Shown here piece after piece: positions 37,477 through 48,172 of a DNA stretch of 64,000 nucleotides. The stretch covers positions 355,784 through 419,783 of the forward strand of contig JACKNH010000004.1 of assembly GCA_024234975.1 (NCBI GenBank), read 5' to 3'. The notes beneath the pieces are model-generated. The model saw only the letters and a list, made by a program, of their open reading frames with translations, did no database searches and was not told the origin of the DNA. The DNA is from Gammaproteobacteria bacterium. Its GTDB lineage: Bacteria; Pseudomonadota; Gammaproteobacteria; Ga0077536. Both the position numbers and the translations under genes were made by a program. Numbering within the stretch: position 1 is the stretch's first letter; each line of letters begins with the position of its first letter.

Positions 37477-39408
37477 TCAGCAGCTCAGCGCGCCGCCTTG
37501 CGGTGTCACCACGGCCATCCGCTCCTTCAGCTTGGTGACCTCCTGTTCCAGTCGCCATTCGTAGATGGCTGCGTAGAACAGCGTTCGCATGATGTAGCCG
37601 CGTGTTTCCCTGAACGGCACGGTTTCGATCCATACATCGGCCGGCATACAGGTGTTCTTCGGTCTCCACGCGTAGATGCGTCCTGGCCCCGCGTTGTAGG
37701 CGCCTGCCGCCATCGGAAAACTCTGGTCGAAGCGGTCATAAACCTGTTTGAGATAAGCGCTGCCCAGCGTGACATTGGCATCGGCACTCAGCAGCTGGTT
37801 GGCGTTCTCGTAGCGGAAGCCAATCCGGTTGGCGGTTTCCTTGGCGGTTGCCGGCATCAGCTGCATCAGGCCCAGCGCGCCGGCGCCGGAACGCGCATCC
37901 TGCATGAACGCGCTTTCGGCGCGGATGATGCTGTACAACAGCGCCACCGGCATTCCGCGTTTTTCGGCATAGCGGGTGACGAGATCCAGATGCTCCAGTG
38001 GGAAGCGGATTTCCATCGCGTCCAGGGTCTGGCTCTGGCCCAGGGCCATGATCGCGCGGTCATACCATTGCCACTCATGCGCGAGCAGCGCCGCGACCTC
38101 TGTCTGCCGAGCCGACAGTCGGGGTAATTCGAAATGCCACTCCCGCCGGGCGTAATAGCGTTCACCCAGGGCGAGCAGCTCCCGGGCGCGGGCGATGCCA
38201 CCTATCTGCAGGACCGCCGTCTTTTCAGCATCGGTTGCAGTCAGCGGATGATCATTCATCGCGTATGGCAGGCCTACCCGATCTGCCGCCGCAAAGCCGT
38301 AATAGTCGCGCTGCAGCGCCAGTTCGGTAAACAACGTGTTGGCGGCGGCGACGTTGCCGGTTTCCTCCAACGCACGGGCATGCCAGTAACGCCAGGCAAG
38401 TGGATCGGTCCCGGCGGCAGGCGCAGCCGACGTCCACTTCAGCAGCATCTCCCAGTCCAACGTTTTGAGTGCGTGACGTAGTCGCAGGCTGTCCAGCGTG
38501 GCATCACTCTGCGCGGGTGGCACGGCATCCAGCAATTTTGCGGTGTCGGGGTGTTGCTGCCTGAATCCCTGATCGGCAAATGCGTAATCGATGTGAGCGC
38601 GTTCTTCCGGCGTGAATGCGTAGCGATCGCGCACTGCATGCCAGGCATTCATGCCCAGATCGAGGTCCCGGGCCGCCAGCCTGTTCACACCGTGCAGTAC
38701 TACGCTGCGGTTGAGTGCAGAATCGACCACCAGCATTTTCGCCTGCAGGCCCTTGGCGGGATCGTCGTGGACCTTGAGCAGTTGCTGCCCGAGTGCCCGG
38801 TAATCAGCCGACTGCAGATTCCGTGCAAGGTAGGCGGCGAGTGATTTCTGGCCTTTACCCAGTGCCAATTGCAGGCGCGACCAGATGCGATCGTCGGTCA
38901 ATTCATTGTTCTGCTTCAACCAGCTGAATACCTGATCGCACTCATCAGGTTGCGACTTGCCTACCAGCCAAAGCGGCAGCGCGTCGGCGGCAAGGCCATC
39001 GGTCAGGTGTTGCCGGATTCGCGCGCCCAGCCAGTGGCATTGCAGCGCGGTGTCCTGTTGCGGGCGGTAATCAGCAATGAAGTCGGCCCAGCGATTTTGC
39101 CGGGCCAGGGTTTTCAACCACGCGGTTCGCAAACGGTCGGCAAGCACATCTCCTTCATATTCGGTGAGGAATTTTCGTACCGCGTCGGCCTGGCCGAGAT
39201 GCAGCCGCCGATTGAGATGTTCGTATTCGAGGTATTGGTACAACGGGTATTGGGTGAGGTCTTCCGCGAGTTTGAGGGCGCGAACCGTGTCGCCCGAACG
39301 GGCTGCGGCATATGCTTGCTTGAATCTGGCGCGCTGATCGTTTTCAGCGGCATAGACCGGCAAGGCAATCAGCAACAGGACGGGGGCAACACTTCGCAGG
39401 CAGGACAT
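37477..39408 (-). CDS. slt: Soluble lytic murein transglycosylase (Slt70-like)
   Basis: Signal peptide, a long alpha-superhelical region, and a catalytic domain ESAFMQDARSGAGALGLMQLMPATA ... AYNAGPGR. Confidence 0.85.
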   Translation of the reverse strand: MSCLRSVAPVLLLIALPVYAAENDQRARFKQAYAAARSGDTVRALKLAEDLTQYPLYQYLEYEHLNRRLHLGQADAVRKFLTEYEGDVLADRLRTAWLKTLARQNRWADFIADYRPQQDTALQCHWLGARIRQHLTDGLAADALPLWLVGKSQPDECDQVFSWLKQNNELTDDRIWSRLQLALGKGQKSLAAYLARNLQSADYRALGQQLLKVHDDPAKGLQAKMLVVDSALNRSVVLHGVNRLAARDLDLGMNAWHAVRDRYAFTPEERAHIDYAFADQGFRQQHPDTAKLLDAVPPAQSDATLDSLRLRHALKTLDWEMLLKWTSAAPAAGTDPLAWRYWHARALEETGNVAAANTLFTELALQRDYYGFAAADRVGLPYAMNDHPLTATDAEKTAVLQIGGIARARELLALGERYYARREWHFELPRLSARQTEVAALLAHEWQWYDRAIMALGQSQTLDAMEIRFPLEHLDLVTRYAEKRGMPVALLYSIIRAESAFMQDARSGAGALGLMQLMPATAKETANRIGFRYENANQLLSADANVTLGSAYLKQVYDRFDQSFPMAAGAYNAGPGRIYAWRPKNTCMPADVWIETVPFRETRGYIMRTLFYAAIYEWRLEQEVTKLKERMAVVTPQGGALSC

Positions 39409-39560
39409 ATGACGATTACACCTCTTGGCCACAACGACATCGCATGGCGATGTTCTGTCAGCCTATCACCCGACTGCGGCGTCGACTACAGCTGTGACAG
39501 CCTTGGCTGTCACGCAACCGGGTTCGGAGTCATCCGGGAAATCAGCGGCAGAAATGGGCA

Positions 39561-40577
39561 TCAGCACAACGTCGGGATGCGTTCGGCAAGTACGCCGGAT
39601 AGCGCATCAAGGTGAGCCTCGCAGTCATTGAGTGCCGGTATATAACGTAAGGCGGTTCCGCCAGCGGCCTTGAATGTCTCGCCACCGGTAATCGCGATTT
39701 CCTCCAATGTTTCCAGGCAATCCGTGGCAAACCCGGGGCAGATGACATCCACGGTTTTGACGGACTCGCCGGGAAGCGCGCGGATGCGTTCGTCAAAATA
39801 CGGTTTCACCCATTCCTGAAAACCGAAGCGCGACTGGAACGTCATTTCCCAGGCGTCAGGTGCCAACGATAGTGCGTTGGCAATGGCCTGTGCTGTCGCA
39901 GCGCATTGCGCAGGGTAGGGGTCGCCTGCATCCGCGTAAGGTTTCGGGATGCCATGGAATGACATCAGCAGCCGTTCGCCCTTGCCGTGCGCAGCCCAGT
40001 GCTGACGAATGGACCGGGCAATCGCTTCGATGTATGTCGGCGCCACATGGTAATCGCTGATGAAGTGGCATTCCGGCACCCAGCGTGACGCCGTCAGGTG
40101 TTCGGCCATGGCATCGAATACCGTACCGGCAGACGTTGCGGAATACTGCGGATACAGCGGCAGCACGCATAAACGTTGCACGCCGGCCAGTCGTAACTCA
40201 TCAATCACATCTCGCAAAGCTGGCTTGCCGTAACGCATGGCATGCTTTACCCGCACATCCTTGCCTGCAAGACGTTGTCCGAGTCCGGCAGCGAGGCGTT
40301 CGGTATACACCGCCAGTGGTGAACCTTCAGGCAGCCATATTTTCCGGTAAGCATGCGCAACGCGCGCCGGGCGGACACGCAGGATGATGCCGTGCAGTAT
40401 CGGCCACCAGGCAAACTTCGGCAGTTCGATGACGCGCTGGTCGATCAGAAATTCGGCGAGAAACTCCCGCACCGCCGCAGGTGTGGGCGCGGCGGGAGTG
40501 CCGAGGTTGGTCACAATGATGCCGGTGGTCGCGTTGGATGAAGCCGCGTTGGCCAGAAGTTGCTTGTCGATGGGCAT
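39561..40577 (-). CDS. hemH: Ferrochelatase
   Basis: GIIVTNLGTPAAPTPAAVREFLAEFLIDQRVIE ... LPLYPQYSATS ... SFHGIP ... FQSRFG. Confidence 0.9.
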   Translation of the reverse strand: MPIDKQLLANAASSNATTGIIVTNLGTPAAPTPAAVREFLAEFLIDQRVIELPKFAWWPILHGIILRVRPARVAHAYRKIWLPEGSPLAVYTERLAAGLGQRLAGKDVRVKHAMRYGKPALRDVIDELRLAGVQRLCVLPLYPQYSATSAGTVFDAMAEHLTASRWVPECHFISDYHVAPTYIEAIARSIRQHWAAHGKGERLLMSFHGIPKPYADAGDPYPAQCAATAQAIANALSLAPDAWEMTFQSRFGFQEWVKPYFDERIRALPGESVKTVDVICPGFATDCLETLEEIAITGGETFKAAGGTALRYIPALNDCEAHLDALSGVLAERIPTLC

Positions 40578-40638
40578 GGCTTGAACCGGAAGGCTCCAGA
40601 TGAAGTCAGGTGCAGATTGACGCTTTGTGAGTGCTGGA

Positions 40639-43134
40639 TCAAATACCCTGGCGCAACAAGGTGATCGCAGGCTCGCGTAATGCATGGCGCAGCGCCAGGT
40701 ATCCCCCTGCTGTCACGACAACGATGCTGATCCCCATGCCGATCGGGAACAACAACGGGTTGAGCAGATAATCCATCTGGAACACCTCGCGCGCGAGCAC
40801 ACCGCCGGCGAGTCCGGCCGCGACGGCCGCTACCAGTCCGGCCAGCGCGCCGACGACCGTCAGTTCGGCCAGCGCCGCCGTACGCAGCAGACTGTGGGGC
40901 GCGCCGACAGACTTGAAGATGGCAACATCGTAGCGGCGCTCATCCTGCGTTGTCTGTAACGCCGCCCATAACACCAGCAGACCGGCCAATACAGTGAATC
41001 CGAAGACAAATTCCAGCGCGAGTGTCACCCGGTCCATGATGCCGCGTACCTGGCGCATCACGGCGTCGACATCGATCAACGTGACGCTGGGAAATGTCGC
41101 CAGCAGTTCCGGTAGCCAACTCCGGTTATCCGCAGCGGCATGGAATGCGGTAATAAAGGTGGCGGGTTGACTATCAAAAGTGCCTGGCGAGCCGATGGCG
41201 AAAAAATTCACGTTGAAGCTGTCCCAGTCGACGTCGCGCAGATTGGTGATGGTCGAAGTCACCTGCGAATCCGCAATCTGCCAGGTGATCGTGTCGCCGA
41301 TGGTCAGGCCAAGGTCGCGCGCAATGCCCGACTCCAGTGACAACTCGCCTGCCGGCGGTTGCTCGGTCGGCCACCACTGGCCTTCGGCCAGATGGTTGTC
41401 AGCGGCAAGTTCGGCCGCGACGGACAGGTTGAACTCGCGCTCCAGGCGGCGCCGGACGAGCGGGTCGGGGAAGCGGTCAGGATCGACGGCGCCGCCGTTG
41501 ATGGCGGTGATGCGCCCTCGAATCATTGGAAACAGGCCTGGCTCAGCGACGGAATGATCCACCAGGAACGCACGCAACGCGGTGACGTCGTCCGGCTGGA
41601 TGTTGATCATGAAGTGGTTCGGCGCATCGTCAGGCAATGAGTCGCGCCAACTGTCGAGCAGATCATTACGAATGACGGCGAGCAGCAACAGGATCATCAC
41701 ACCCAGCCCCAGCGCCGTCGTCTGCACGATACTCGCGCGTGCGTGACGCGCAATCGAAGCCAGGCCATAGCGCCAGGTGATATTCAGCGAATGGCGAACC
41801 CGGCGCAGCAACCTGACCATCAACCACGAAAGCAATGCGAGCGCCAGACAGGCAAGGAAGGTGCCGCCGAGCGTGAATGCCGTTACCGTGCTGCTGCCGG
41901 TGCGCCACGGCGCGAGTGCGACGATGGCGGCGATCGCCGCCAGGTAGAGCAGTGAATGGCCGCCGACTTCAGGCTTGAGGTCGCGCCGTAACACGCGCAG
42001 GGGTGGTACCTGCCACAATGCAACCAATGGCGGCATGGCAAAGCCCAGCACGCCGATTGCACCGGTCAGCAGAGCGCGCCCGAGCGGCGCCCAGCCGGCT
42101 GGCGCAAGGGCACTTTGCGGGTTGTCGGCCAGCAACGAGACGATAATCAGATGCGCGCCGTAGCCAAACAGTGCACCGATGATGCTGACCGACAGGCCCA
42201 GCATCAACATTTCCAGCGCGAAAACACTGATGATGCCGCGTTGACTGGCGCCAAAGGTTCGCATGATCGCGCAGGTGTCGAGATGGCGGCTGGCGAAACG
42301 CTGCGCGGACAAGGCGATGGCGATGCCGGCGACGATCACCGCCGTCAGGGCCGCCAATGCCAGAAACTGCTCCGCGCGTTCCAATGCGCGGTTGACCTCG
42401 GGGCGGGCTTCGTCCACCGATTCAACGCGTTCACCTGTTTCCAGTTCGAGGGCGTTGCGGAAGTTGGCGATGGCATCGTCGCTGCCTGCCAGGAGCAGTG
42501 CGTGACGGATCCTGCTGCCCGGCAGTACCAACCCGGTCGCGGCTAGATCGCGGTAGTTCATGATGATGCGCGGTGAGATGGCAAATGCCTGGCTGCCACG
42601 ATCGGGTTCCAGCACGATGACGCCGGCAATGCGGAATATGCTGTTGCCCAGCGTCAGTGAATCGCCGACGGCCAGCGCGAGGGTCTGCAGGATGCGTGGT
42701 TCTACCCACACCTGGCGTGAAGCAGGGGCTTTTGCGCTGCTCAGATCGCTGCTGAACTGTGTAGGCGCAATCTGCAATTCACCACGTAGCGGATAGTCGT
42801 CTTCTACGACCTTGAGATCCGCGAGTTGGAACTTGTCGCCGGCGCTGGCGACGCTGTTGAATGTCGCCATGCGCACATGCGACAGACCGAAGTCCTGCGC
42901 TGACTGTAACGTGGCCTCGCGAATCGGATGTGTCGCCGCAACCACCAGGTCCGCGGCCAGCAGCTGGTGGGTTTCCTGGTTGAGCGTGGTGCGCACGCGC
43001 TCGACAAAAAATTCCACCGAGCTCATCGCGGCCACGGCGATCAATAACGCCAGCGCCAGCAGTTTGAGTTCGCCGGCGCGGATATCCCGGCGTAATGCGG
43101 TGAAAGCGAGATTGAACGTGGCGATGGGGCTCAT
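40639..43134 (-). CDS. ybbP: ABC transporter permease, duplicated FtsX-type (YbbP-like)
   Basis: 831 aa with two MacB/FtsX-like halves (4 TM plus a large periplasmic loop each). Translationally coupled to the upstream ATPase and divergent from tesA, as in E. coli. Confidence 0.75.
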   Translation of the reverse strand: MSPIATFNLAFTALRRDIRAGELKLLALALLIAVAAMSSVEFFVERVRTTLNQETHQLLAADLVVAATHPIREATLQSAQDFGLSHVRMATFNSVASAGDKFQLADLKVVEDDYPLRGELQIAPTQFSSDLSSAKAPASRQVWVEPRILQTLALAVGDSLTLGNSIFRIAGVIVLEPDRGSQAFAISPRIIMNYRDLAATGLVLPGSRIRHALLLAGSDDAIANFRNALELETGERVESVDEARPEVNRALERAEQFLALAALTAVIVAGIAIALSAQRFASRHLDTCAIMRTFGASQRGIISVFALEMLMLGLSVSIIGALFGYGAHLIIVSLLADNPQSALAPAGWAPLGRALLTGAIGVLGFAMPPLVALWQVPPLRVLRRDLKPEVGGHSLLYLAAIAAIVALAPWRTGSSTVTAFTLGGTFLACLALALLSWLMVRLLRRVRHSLNITWRYGLASIARHARASIVQTTALGLGVMILLLLAVIRNDLLDSWRDSLPDDAPNHFMINIQPDDVTALRAFLVDHSVAEPGLFPMIRGRITAINGGAVDPDRFPDPLVRRRLEREFNLSVAAELAADNHLAEGQWWPTEQPPAGELSLESGIARDLGLTIGDTITWQIADSQVTSTITNLRDVDWDSFNVNFFAIGSPGTFDSQPATFITAFHAAADNRSWLPELLATFPSVTLIDVDAVMRQVRGIMDRVTLALEFVFGFTVLAGLLVLWAALQTTQDERRYDVAIFKSVGAPHSLLRTAALAELTVVGALAGLVAAVAAGLAGGVLAREVFQMDYLLNPLLFPIGMGISIVVVTAGGYLALRHALREPAITLLRQGI

Positions 43135-43865
43135 ACGGGGGCGGATGTAGCCGCAGCGGTGTCTGCCGGAGCATCTTGTTCGATGATATGGCCACCTTTC
43201 ATGCGCACCACCCGGTCGCAGCGCGCGGCCAGCGTCGTGTCGTGCGTCACCAGCACCAGCGTGGTGCCGCGTTCCTTGTTCAAGGTGAACATCAGGTCTT
43301 CCACAGAGGCCGCGGTGCCCGCATCCAGATTGCCGGTAGGCTCATCGGCGAACAGGATTGTCGGCGACGGTGCAAAGGCGCGCGCTAGCGCCACCCGCTG
43401 TTGCTCGCCCCCGGAAAGCTGACGCGGATAGTGTTCCATACGCTCGCCCAGACCGACCCGTTGTAACGTGCGGGTTGCCAGTGGCCTGGCGTCAGCAAGG
43501 CCGACCATTTCCAGCGGCAGCATGACGTTTTCCAACGCATTCAGGCTGGGTACAAGATGAAAGGCTTGAAATACGAAGCCGACGCGGCGGGCACGCCATT
43601 GCGCGCGCGCGTCCTCGTTCATCAAGGTGATGTCGCGCTGGTCGATGAAAATACTGCCTGCGGTTGGTAAATCGAGCCCGGCCAGCAGTCCCAGCAGCGT
43701 GGATTTGCCGGAACCGGAGACGCCGAGTATGGCTATGCTTTCGCCTTTGCGCGCGTGGAAATTGATATTATCAAGTATGGTCAGGCGGCCCGCCGGACCG
43801 GTGACTGATTTGCTGATGCCTTCCGCCCGAATGACGAAATCTTCCCGCACGTTGTTGTCACTCAT
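43131..43865 (-). CDS. ybbA: ABC transporter ATP-binding protein (YbbA/LolD-like)
   Basis: Walker A GVSGSGKST, signature LSGGEQQRVALARA, and Walker B ILFADEPTGNLD. Confidence 0.85.
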   Translation of the reverse strand: MSDNNVREDFVIRAEGISKSVTGPAGRLTILDNINFHARKGESIAILGVSGSGKSTLLGLLAGLDLPTAGSIFIDQRDITLMNEDARAQWRARRVGFVFQAFHLVPSLNALENVMLPLEMVGLADARPLATRTLQRVGLGERMEHYPRQLSGGEQQRVALARAFAPSPTILFADEPTGNLDAGTAASVEDLMFTLNKERGTTLVLVTHDTTLAARCDRVVRMKGGHIIEQDAPADTAAATSAPV

Positions 43866-44481
43866 TCCGCTGCTTGTCACGTTGCTGTGGTCATTGGCTG
43901 GCCGCGCTGCCGAACCGGTTATCCTCATCGTTGGCGACAGCCTGAGCGCCGGTTATGGATTGGCAGCCAACGAAACCTGGGTAAAGCAACTCGAAGACAG
44001 GCTTGCCGCGCAAGGGTATCCGCACAAGGTCGTCAATGCCAGTATCAGCGGCGAGACCACCAGTGGTGGCCGTACGCGTCTGCCGGCATTGCTGACACGC
44101 CATACGCCGGCCGTTGTCCTGCTTGAGCTGGGCGGTAACGACGGTCTTCGTGGTATCTCCATCGACGAAATGCGGGCAAATTTCGCCCGCATGCTTGAAG
44201 CTGCGCAGGGCGCCAATGCTTCCGCGATGTTGGTCGCTATTGAGTTGCCGCCGAATTATGGTCCGGCCTTCCTGGAAAAGTTCCGTACGACTTATCGCGA
44301 GCTGGCGGCCGAATATGCTGTGCCGCTGACACCCTTCCTGCTGGAGGGCGTTGCCCTTGAACCGGAATTGATGCAGGACGACGGCATCCACCCGAAAGCT
44401 GCGGCGGCGCCACGTATGCTGGAAAATGTCTGGCCGACATTGCTGCCTCTGCTTGGGAAAACCGGCGCACGGACGCAATGA
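43831..44481 (+). CDS. tesA: SGNH/GDSL arylesterase - acyl-CoA thioesterase I (TesA-like), periplasmic
   Basis: Signal peptide, then ILIVGDSLSAGYG, NASISGETT, LELGGNDGLRG and DGIHP (SGNH blocks I, II, III and V). Confidence 0.8.
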   Translation: MTKSSRTLLSLIPLLVTLLWSLAGRAAEPVILIVGDSLSAGYGLAANETWVKQLEDRLAAQGYPHKVVNASISGETTSGGRTRLPALLTRHTPAVVLLELGGNDGLRGISIDEMRANFARMLEAAQGANASAMLVAIELPPNYGPAFLEKFRTTYRELAAEYAVPLTPFLLEGVALEPELMQDDGIHPKAAAAPRMLENVWPTLLPLLGKTGARTQ

Positions 44482-45053
44482 AATTCTGCAGCCAGTGCGG
44501 ATCGGCGCGCATCGAGCATGTCGTGCCGATGGGCGATTCACGGCCCCGGCATGTCTGCCCTGAGTGCGCCACCATCTATTATCAGAACCCGAAGATTGTC
44601 GCGGGCTGCCTGCCGGTTTATGGCGACCGGGTACTGCTCTGCAGACGCGCGATAGAGCCGCGCCACGGTTTCTGGACATTGCCTGCCGGGTTCATGGAGA
44701 ACGAAGAGACGACAGTGGAAGCGGCAATGCGCGAAACGCGCGAGGAAGCCAACGCGAACGTCGAAATCGAACAACTCTACACGTTGATCAACCTGCCACA
44801 CGTCAGCCAGGTGTACATGATGTACCGGGCGAAGCTGCTGGACCTCGATTTCCACCCCGGTGCCGAAAGTCTCGAGGTGGCGTTGTTTACCGAGGACACG
44901 CTGCCGTGGAATGCCCTGGCATTTCCAACCGTCGCACAGACGTTGCGGTTTTACTTCGAGGACCGGCAGCGCCAGGATTTCCTGTTTCGTGCGGGGGATA
45001 TCGTTCGCGTCGACGGTCAACCCATCTATCTGGAGCGCCGCCCATCGCCCTGA
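44478..45053 (+). CDS. NUDIX hydrolase with N-terminal zinc ribbon
   Basis: CSQCG...CPEC, followed by the Nudix box GFMENEETTVEAAMRETREEANA. Confidence 0.8.
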   Translation: MKFCSQCGSARIEHVVPMGDSRPRHVCPECATIYYQNPKIVAGCLPVYGDRVLLCRRAIEPRHGFWTLPAGFMENEETTVEAAMRETREEANANVEIEQLYTLINLPHVSQVYMMYRAKLLDLDFHPGAESLEVALFTEDTLPWNALAFPTVAQTLRFYFEDRQRQDFLFRAGDIVRVDGQPIYLERRPSP

Positions 45054-45246
45054 TGGTGCAGCCATCGGACCCCGGAGTGAGACGAAGTTGGCGTTGTTCC
45101 GGGGTGAATGTGAAATCGAGATACTTCCCCTTGGCTATTGTCAGGCTCTCCCTTAAAGTGGCCGGTCTTGACAAGCGGGCGTTGTCTGACCTGCTTGCTT
45201 CCGCCCCCCCAAATCCAGTGCTCATGGTATTAGGAGATACCCCCAG

Positions 45247-46446
45247 ATGATCGAACCACATGGCTCCACCGAGCTTTCGCCCAGATACGTTTCCGATGCC
45301 GCCCGTCGTGCCGAATTGGCCGCCGAAGCGAAAAATCTGCCGTCGTTGTTGGTGAACTCCGCCGCGGCGGCCAATGCCGTCATGCTTGGCGCCGGCTATT
45401 TCAACCCGCTGACCGGCTTCCAGGACCTTGCCGATGCCATCAGCATTGCGGAAAAAATGCACACTGCGGACGGCCTGTTCTGGCCGGTGCCGGTCTTGAA
45501 TCTGACCAAAGATGCCGCTGGCCTCGAGCCGGGAATGCGGGTCGCGTTGCGCGATCCCAATGTCGAAGGCAATCCGGTCCTCGCCGTGCAGACCATCGAG
45601 AAAATCGAGCAGGTGGACGAAGCCACGTTGACCCGGATCGCCGAGAAGGTGTTCGGAACCCTGGATCCCAAGCATCCTGGGGTGGCGACGTTCATGTCGC
45701 TGGGAAATGTGCTGCTGTCCGGTCCGATCGACGTGTTGAACTACAGCTACTTCGAGCAGGAGTTTCCGGATACCTTCCGGACGGCGACGCAGATTCGCGA
45801 AGACATGGGGAGCCGTAATTGGGAGACCGTGGTCGCATTCCAGACCCGTAACCCCATGCACCGGGCGCACGAAGAGCTGTGCCGCATGGCCAAGGATACG
45901 CTCAACGCCGACGGTATCCTGATCCACATGCTGCTGGGCAAACTGAAAGCAGGTGATATTCCTGCTGCCGTACGCGATGCATCCATCCGCAAGATGGCCG
46001 AAGTCTATTTCGAACCGAATACCGTTCTCATTACCGGTTACGGCTTCGACATGCTCTACGCCGGTCCGCGCGAAGCCGTCCTGCACGCGGTGTTCCGTCA
46101 GAATGCAGGCTGTACGCATCTCATCGTTGGTCGCGATCATGCCGGTGTCGGCAGCTACTACGGTCCGTTCGATGCGCAGACCATCTTCCATGACGAGGTA
46201 CCCGAAGGTGCATTGAAGATCAAAATCTTCGAGGCCGATCACACCGCCTATTCGAAGAAGCTCAATCGTGTCGTAATGATGCGCGATGTGCCAGACCATA
46301 CGCCGGAAGATTTCGTCATGCTGTCGGGTACCAAGGTACGCGAAATGCTGGCAGCGGGGCAGGATCTGCCTCCGGAGTTCGCACGGCCCGAAGTGGCGCG
46401 CATCCTGATGAAGTTCTACCAGGAGGAAGCCGCGGCCGGCCGCTGA
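45247..46446 (+). CDS. sat: Sulfate adenylyltransferase, homo-oligomeric Sat type
   Basis: [14 protein letters not shown] and [11 protein letters not shown] motifs; 399 aa. Confidence 0.85.
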   Translation: MIEPHGSTELSPRYVSDAARRAELAAEAKNLPSLLVNSAAAANAVMLGAGYFNPLTGFQDLADAISIAEKMHTADGLFWPVPVLNLTKDAAGLEPGMRVALRDPNVEGNPVLAVQTIEKIEQVDEATLTRIAEKVFGTLDPKHPGVATFMSLGNVLLSGPIDVLNYSYFEQEFPDTFRTATQIREDMGSRNWETVVAFQTRNPMHRAHEELCRMAKDTLNADGILIHMLLGKLKAGDIPAAVRDASIRKMAEVYFEPNTVLITGYGFDMLYAGPREAVLHAVFRQNAGCTHLIVGRDHAGVGSYYGPFDAQTIFHDEVPEGALKIKIFEADHTAYSKKLNRVVMMRDVPDHTPEDFVMLSGTKVREMLAAGQDLPPEFARPEVARILMKFYQEEAAAGR

Positions 46447-46468
46447 GCGGTCGTTACCGGCGACATAC

Positions 46469-46813
46469 ATGGGCGGGAAAACGTTGTTCAGCAAGATCAT
46501 CGATCGTGAAATACCGGCCGATATCGTTTATGAAGATGACGAATGCCTGGCGTTCCGCGATATCAATCCGCAAGCGCCGACCCATGTGCTGCTGATCCCG
46601 AAAAAGCCCATCGCAATGGTGTCCGAGGCAACTGTCGCGGACACCGCTTTGCTGGGAATGCTGTTATTGAAAGCCGGTGACGTCGCGCGGCAGTTGGGCT
46701 GCGAAGAAGCATTCAGGCTTGTCGTCAACAATGGCGCGGGGGCAGGGCAGACCGTTTTTCATCTGCACATTCATATACTGGCGGGCAGGCCATTGGGTTG
46801 GCCGCCGGGTTGA
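46469..46813 (+). CDS. HIT-family (Hint-like) nucleotide hydrolase
   Basis: [37 protein letters not shown] and the histidine triad HLHIHILAG. Confidence 0.85.
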   Translation: MGGKTLFSKIIDREIPADIVYEDDECLAFRDINPQAPTHVLLIPKKPIAMVSEATVADTALLGMLLLKAGDVARQLGCEEAFRLVVNNGAGAGQTVFHLHIHILAGRPLGWPPG

Positions 46814-46856
46814 GTCAGTCGGGCGGATAACGCCAGCCTGTTGCTGGCGATTACTT

Positions 46857-46896
46857 AAAAAAAACGGCGCGCCGGAAACCCCCGGCGCGCCGTTTT
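46857..46896. terminator. Bidirectional rho-independent terminator between the HIT gene and rho
   Basis: A8, then an 11-bp perfect GC stem cggcgcgccgg / ccggcgcgccg with a 6-nt loop, then T4. Confidence 0.75.
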
Positions 46897-46915
46897 CGTT
46901 TACTACCGTGTTCGA

Positions 46916-48172
46916 TCAGCGCTTCATTGAATCGAAGAACTCGGCGTTGTTCTTGGTGTTTTTCAGTCGTTCCAGCAGGAATTCCATTGCGTCCAGTTCG
47001 TCCATGGGATGGAGCAGCTTGCGCAGAATCCATACTTTCTGCAGTTCGTCCGGTGGCATCAGCAATTCCTCGCGGCGGGTGCCGGAACGATTGATGTTGA
47101 TCGCCGGGAACACACGTTTCTCGCCGATTTTTCGGTCGAGATGAATTTCCATGTTGCCGGTGCCTTTGAATTCCTCGTAAATCACGTCGTCCATGCGGGA
47201 ACCGGTTTCCACCAGCGCAGTGGCAATAATCGTCAGGCTACCGCCTTCCTCGATATTTCTCGCCGCGCCGAAGAAGCGCTTTGGTCGCTGTAATGCATTG
47301 GCGTCGACACCGCCCGTCAGGACTTTGCCCGATGCCGGGACGACCGTGTTGTAGGCGCGCGCCAGGCGCGTGATGGAGTCAAGCAGAATCACCACGTCAC
47401 GTTTGTGCTCGACCAGTCGCTTGGCTTTTTCAATCACCATTTCGGCCACCTGCACATGGCGTGCGGCCGGCTCGTCGAACGTGCTCGAAATGACTTCGCC
47501 CTTGACCGAGCGCTGCATTTCCGTGACTTCTTCCGGACGTTCATCAATCAGCAATACGATCAGGTAGCAATCCGGATGGTTGTGTTCGACCGAGTGGGCA
47601 ATGCTTTGCAGCATCATGGTTTTACCGGCTTTCGGCGGTGAAACGATCAGGCCGCGCTGGCCTTTGCCGATGGGTGCTACAAGATTGATGACGCGGGGCG
47701 TCAGGTCTTCGGTGCTGCCGTTACCCAGTTCCAGATTCAACCGTTCCTGCGCGAACAGCGGCGTCAGGTTTTCAAACAGTACTTTGTGCTTGGTGTTTTC
47801 CGGCGGTTCGTAATTGATTTCGCTGACCTTCAGCAGCGCGAAGTATCGCTCGCCGTCCTTCGGCGGTCTGATCTTGCCGGAGATGGTATCGCCCGTACGC
47901 AGATTGAAGCGTCGGATCTGGCTGGGTGAGACATAGATGTCGTCGGGGCCGGCCAGGTAGGAGCAATCACCGGATCGCAGGAAGCCGAAACCATCCTGCA
48001 GGATTTCCAGCACGCCATCACCGGAAATATCTTCGCCCTTCTTGGCGTGCGCTTTCAGGATGCCGAAGATGACGTCCTGTTTGCGCGAGCGGGCCATACC
48101 TTCCAAGCCCATGCCTTCTGCGATTTCGACCAATTCCGATGCGGGTTTTTGTTTGAGTTCTGTCAGGTTCAT
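46916..48172 (-). CDS. rho: Transcription termination factor Rho
   Basis: MNLTELK ... GFGFLR ... RFNLRTGD ... [17 protein letters not shown] ... [11 protein letters not shown]. Confidence 0.95.
   Translation of the reverse strand: MNLTELKQKPASELVEIAEGMGLEGMARSRKQDVIFGILKAHAKKGEDISGDGVLEILQDGFGFLRSGDCSYLAGPDDIYVSPSQIRRFNLRTGDTISGKIRPPKDGERYFALLKVSEINYEPPENTKHKVLFENLTPLFAQERLNLELGNGSTEDLTPRVINLVAPIGKGQRGLIVSPPKAGKTMMLQSIAHSVEHNHPDCYLIVLLIDERPEEVTEMQRSVKGEVISSTFDEPAARHVQVAEMVIEKAKRLVEHKRDVVILLDSITRLARAYNTVVPASGKVLTGGVDANALQRPKRFFGAARNIEEGGSLTIIATALVETGSRMDDVIYEEFKGTGNMEIHLDRKIGEKRVFPAININRSGTRREELLMPPDELQKVWILRKLLHPMDELDAMEFLLERLKNTKNNAEFFDSMKR

Noticed and set aside
45204-45210. C7 homopolymer upstream of sat as a phase-variation tract
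   Set aside because: It is short, single and non-coding, and its relation to the promoter is unclear. There is nothing to support slipped-strand switching.
44887-46500. 537-aa minus-strand ORF
   Set aside because: It is antisense to the well-supported sat gene. It has no motifs, and its composition reflects the complement of codon-biased sequence.
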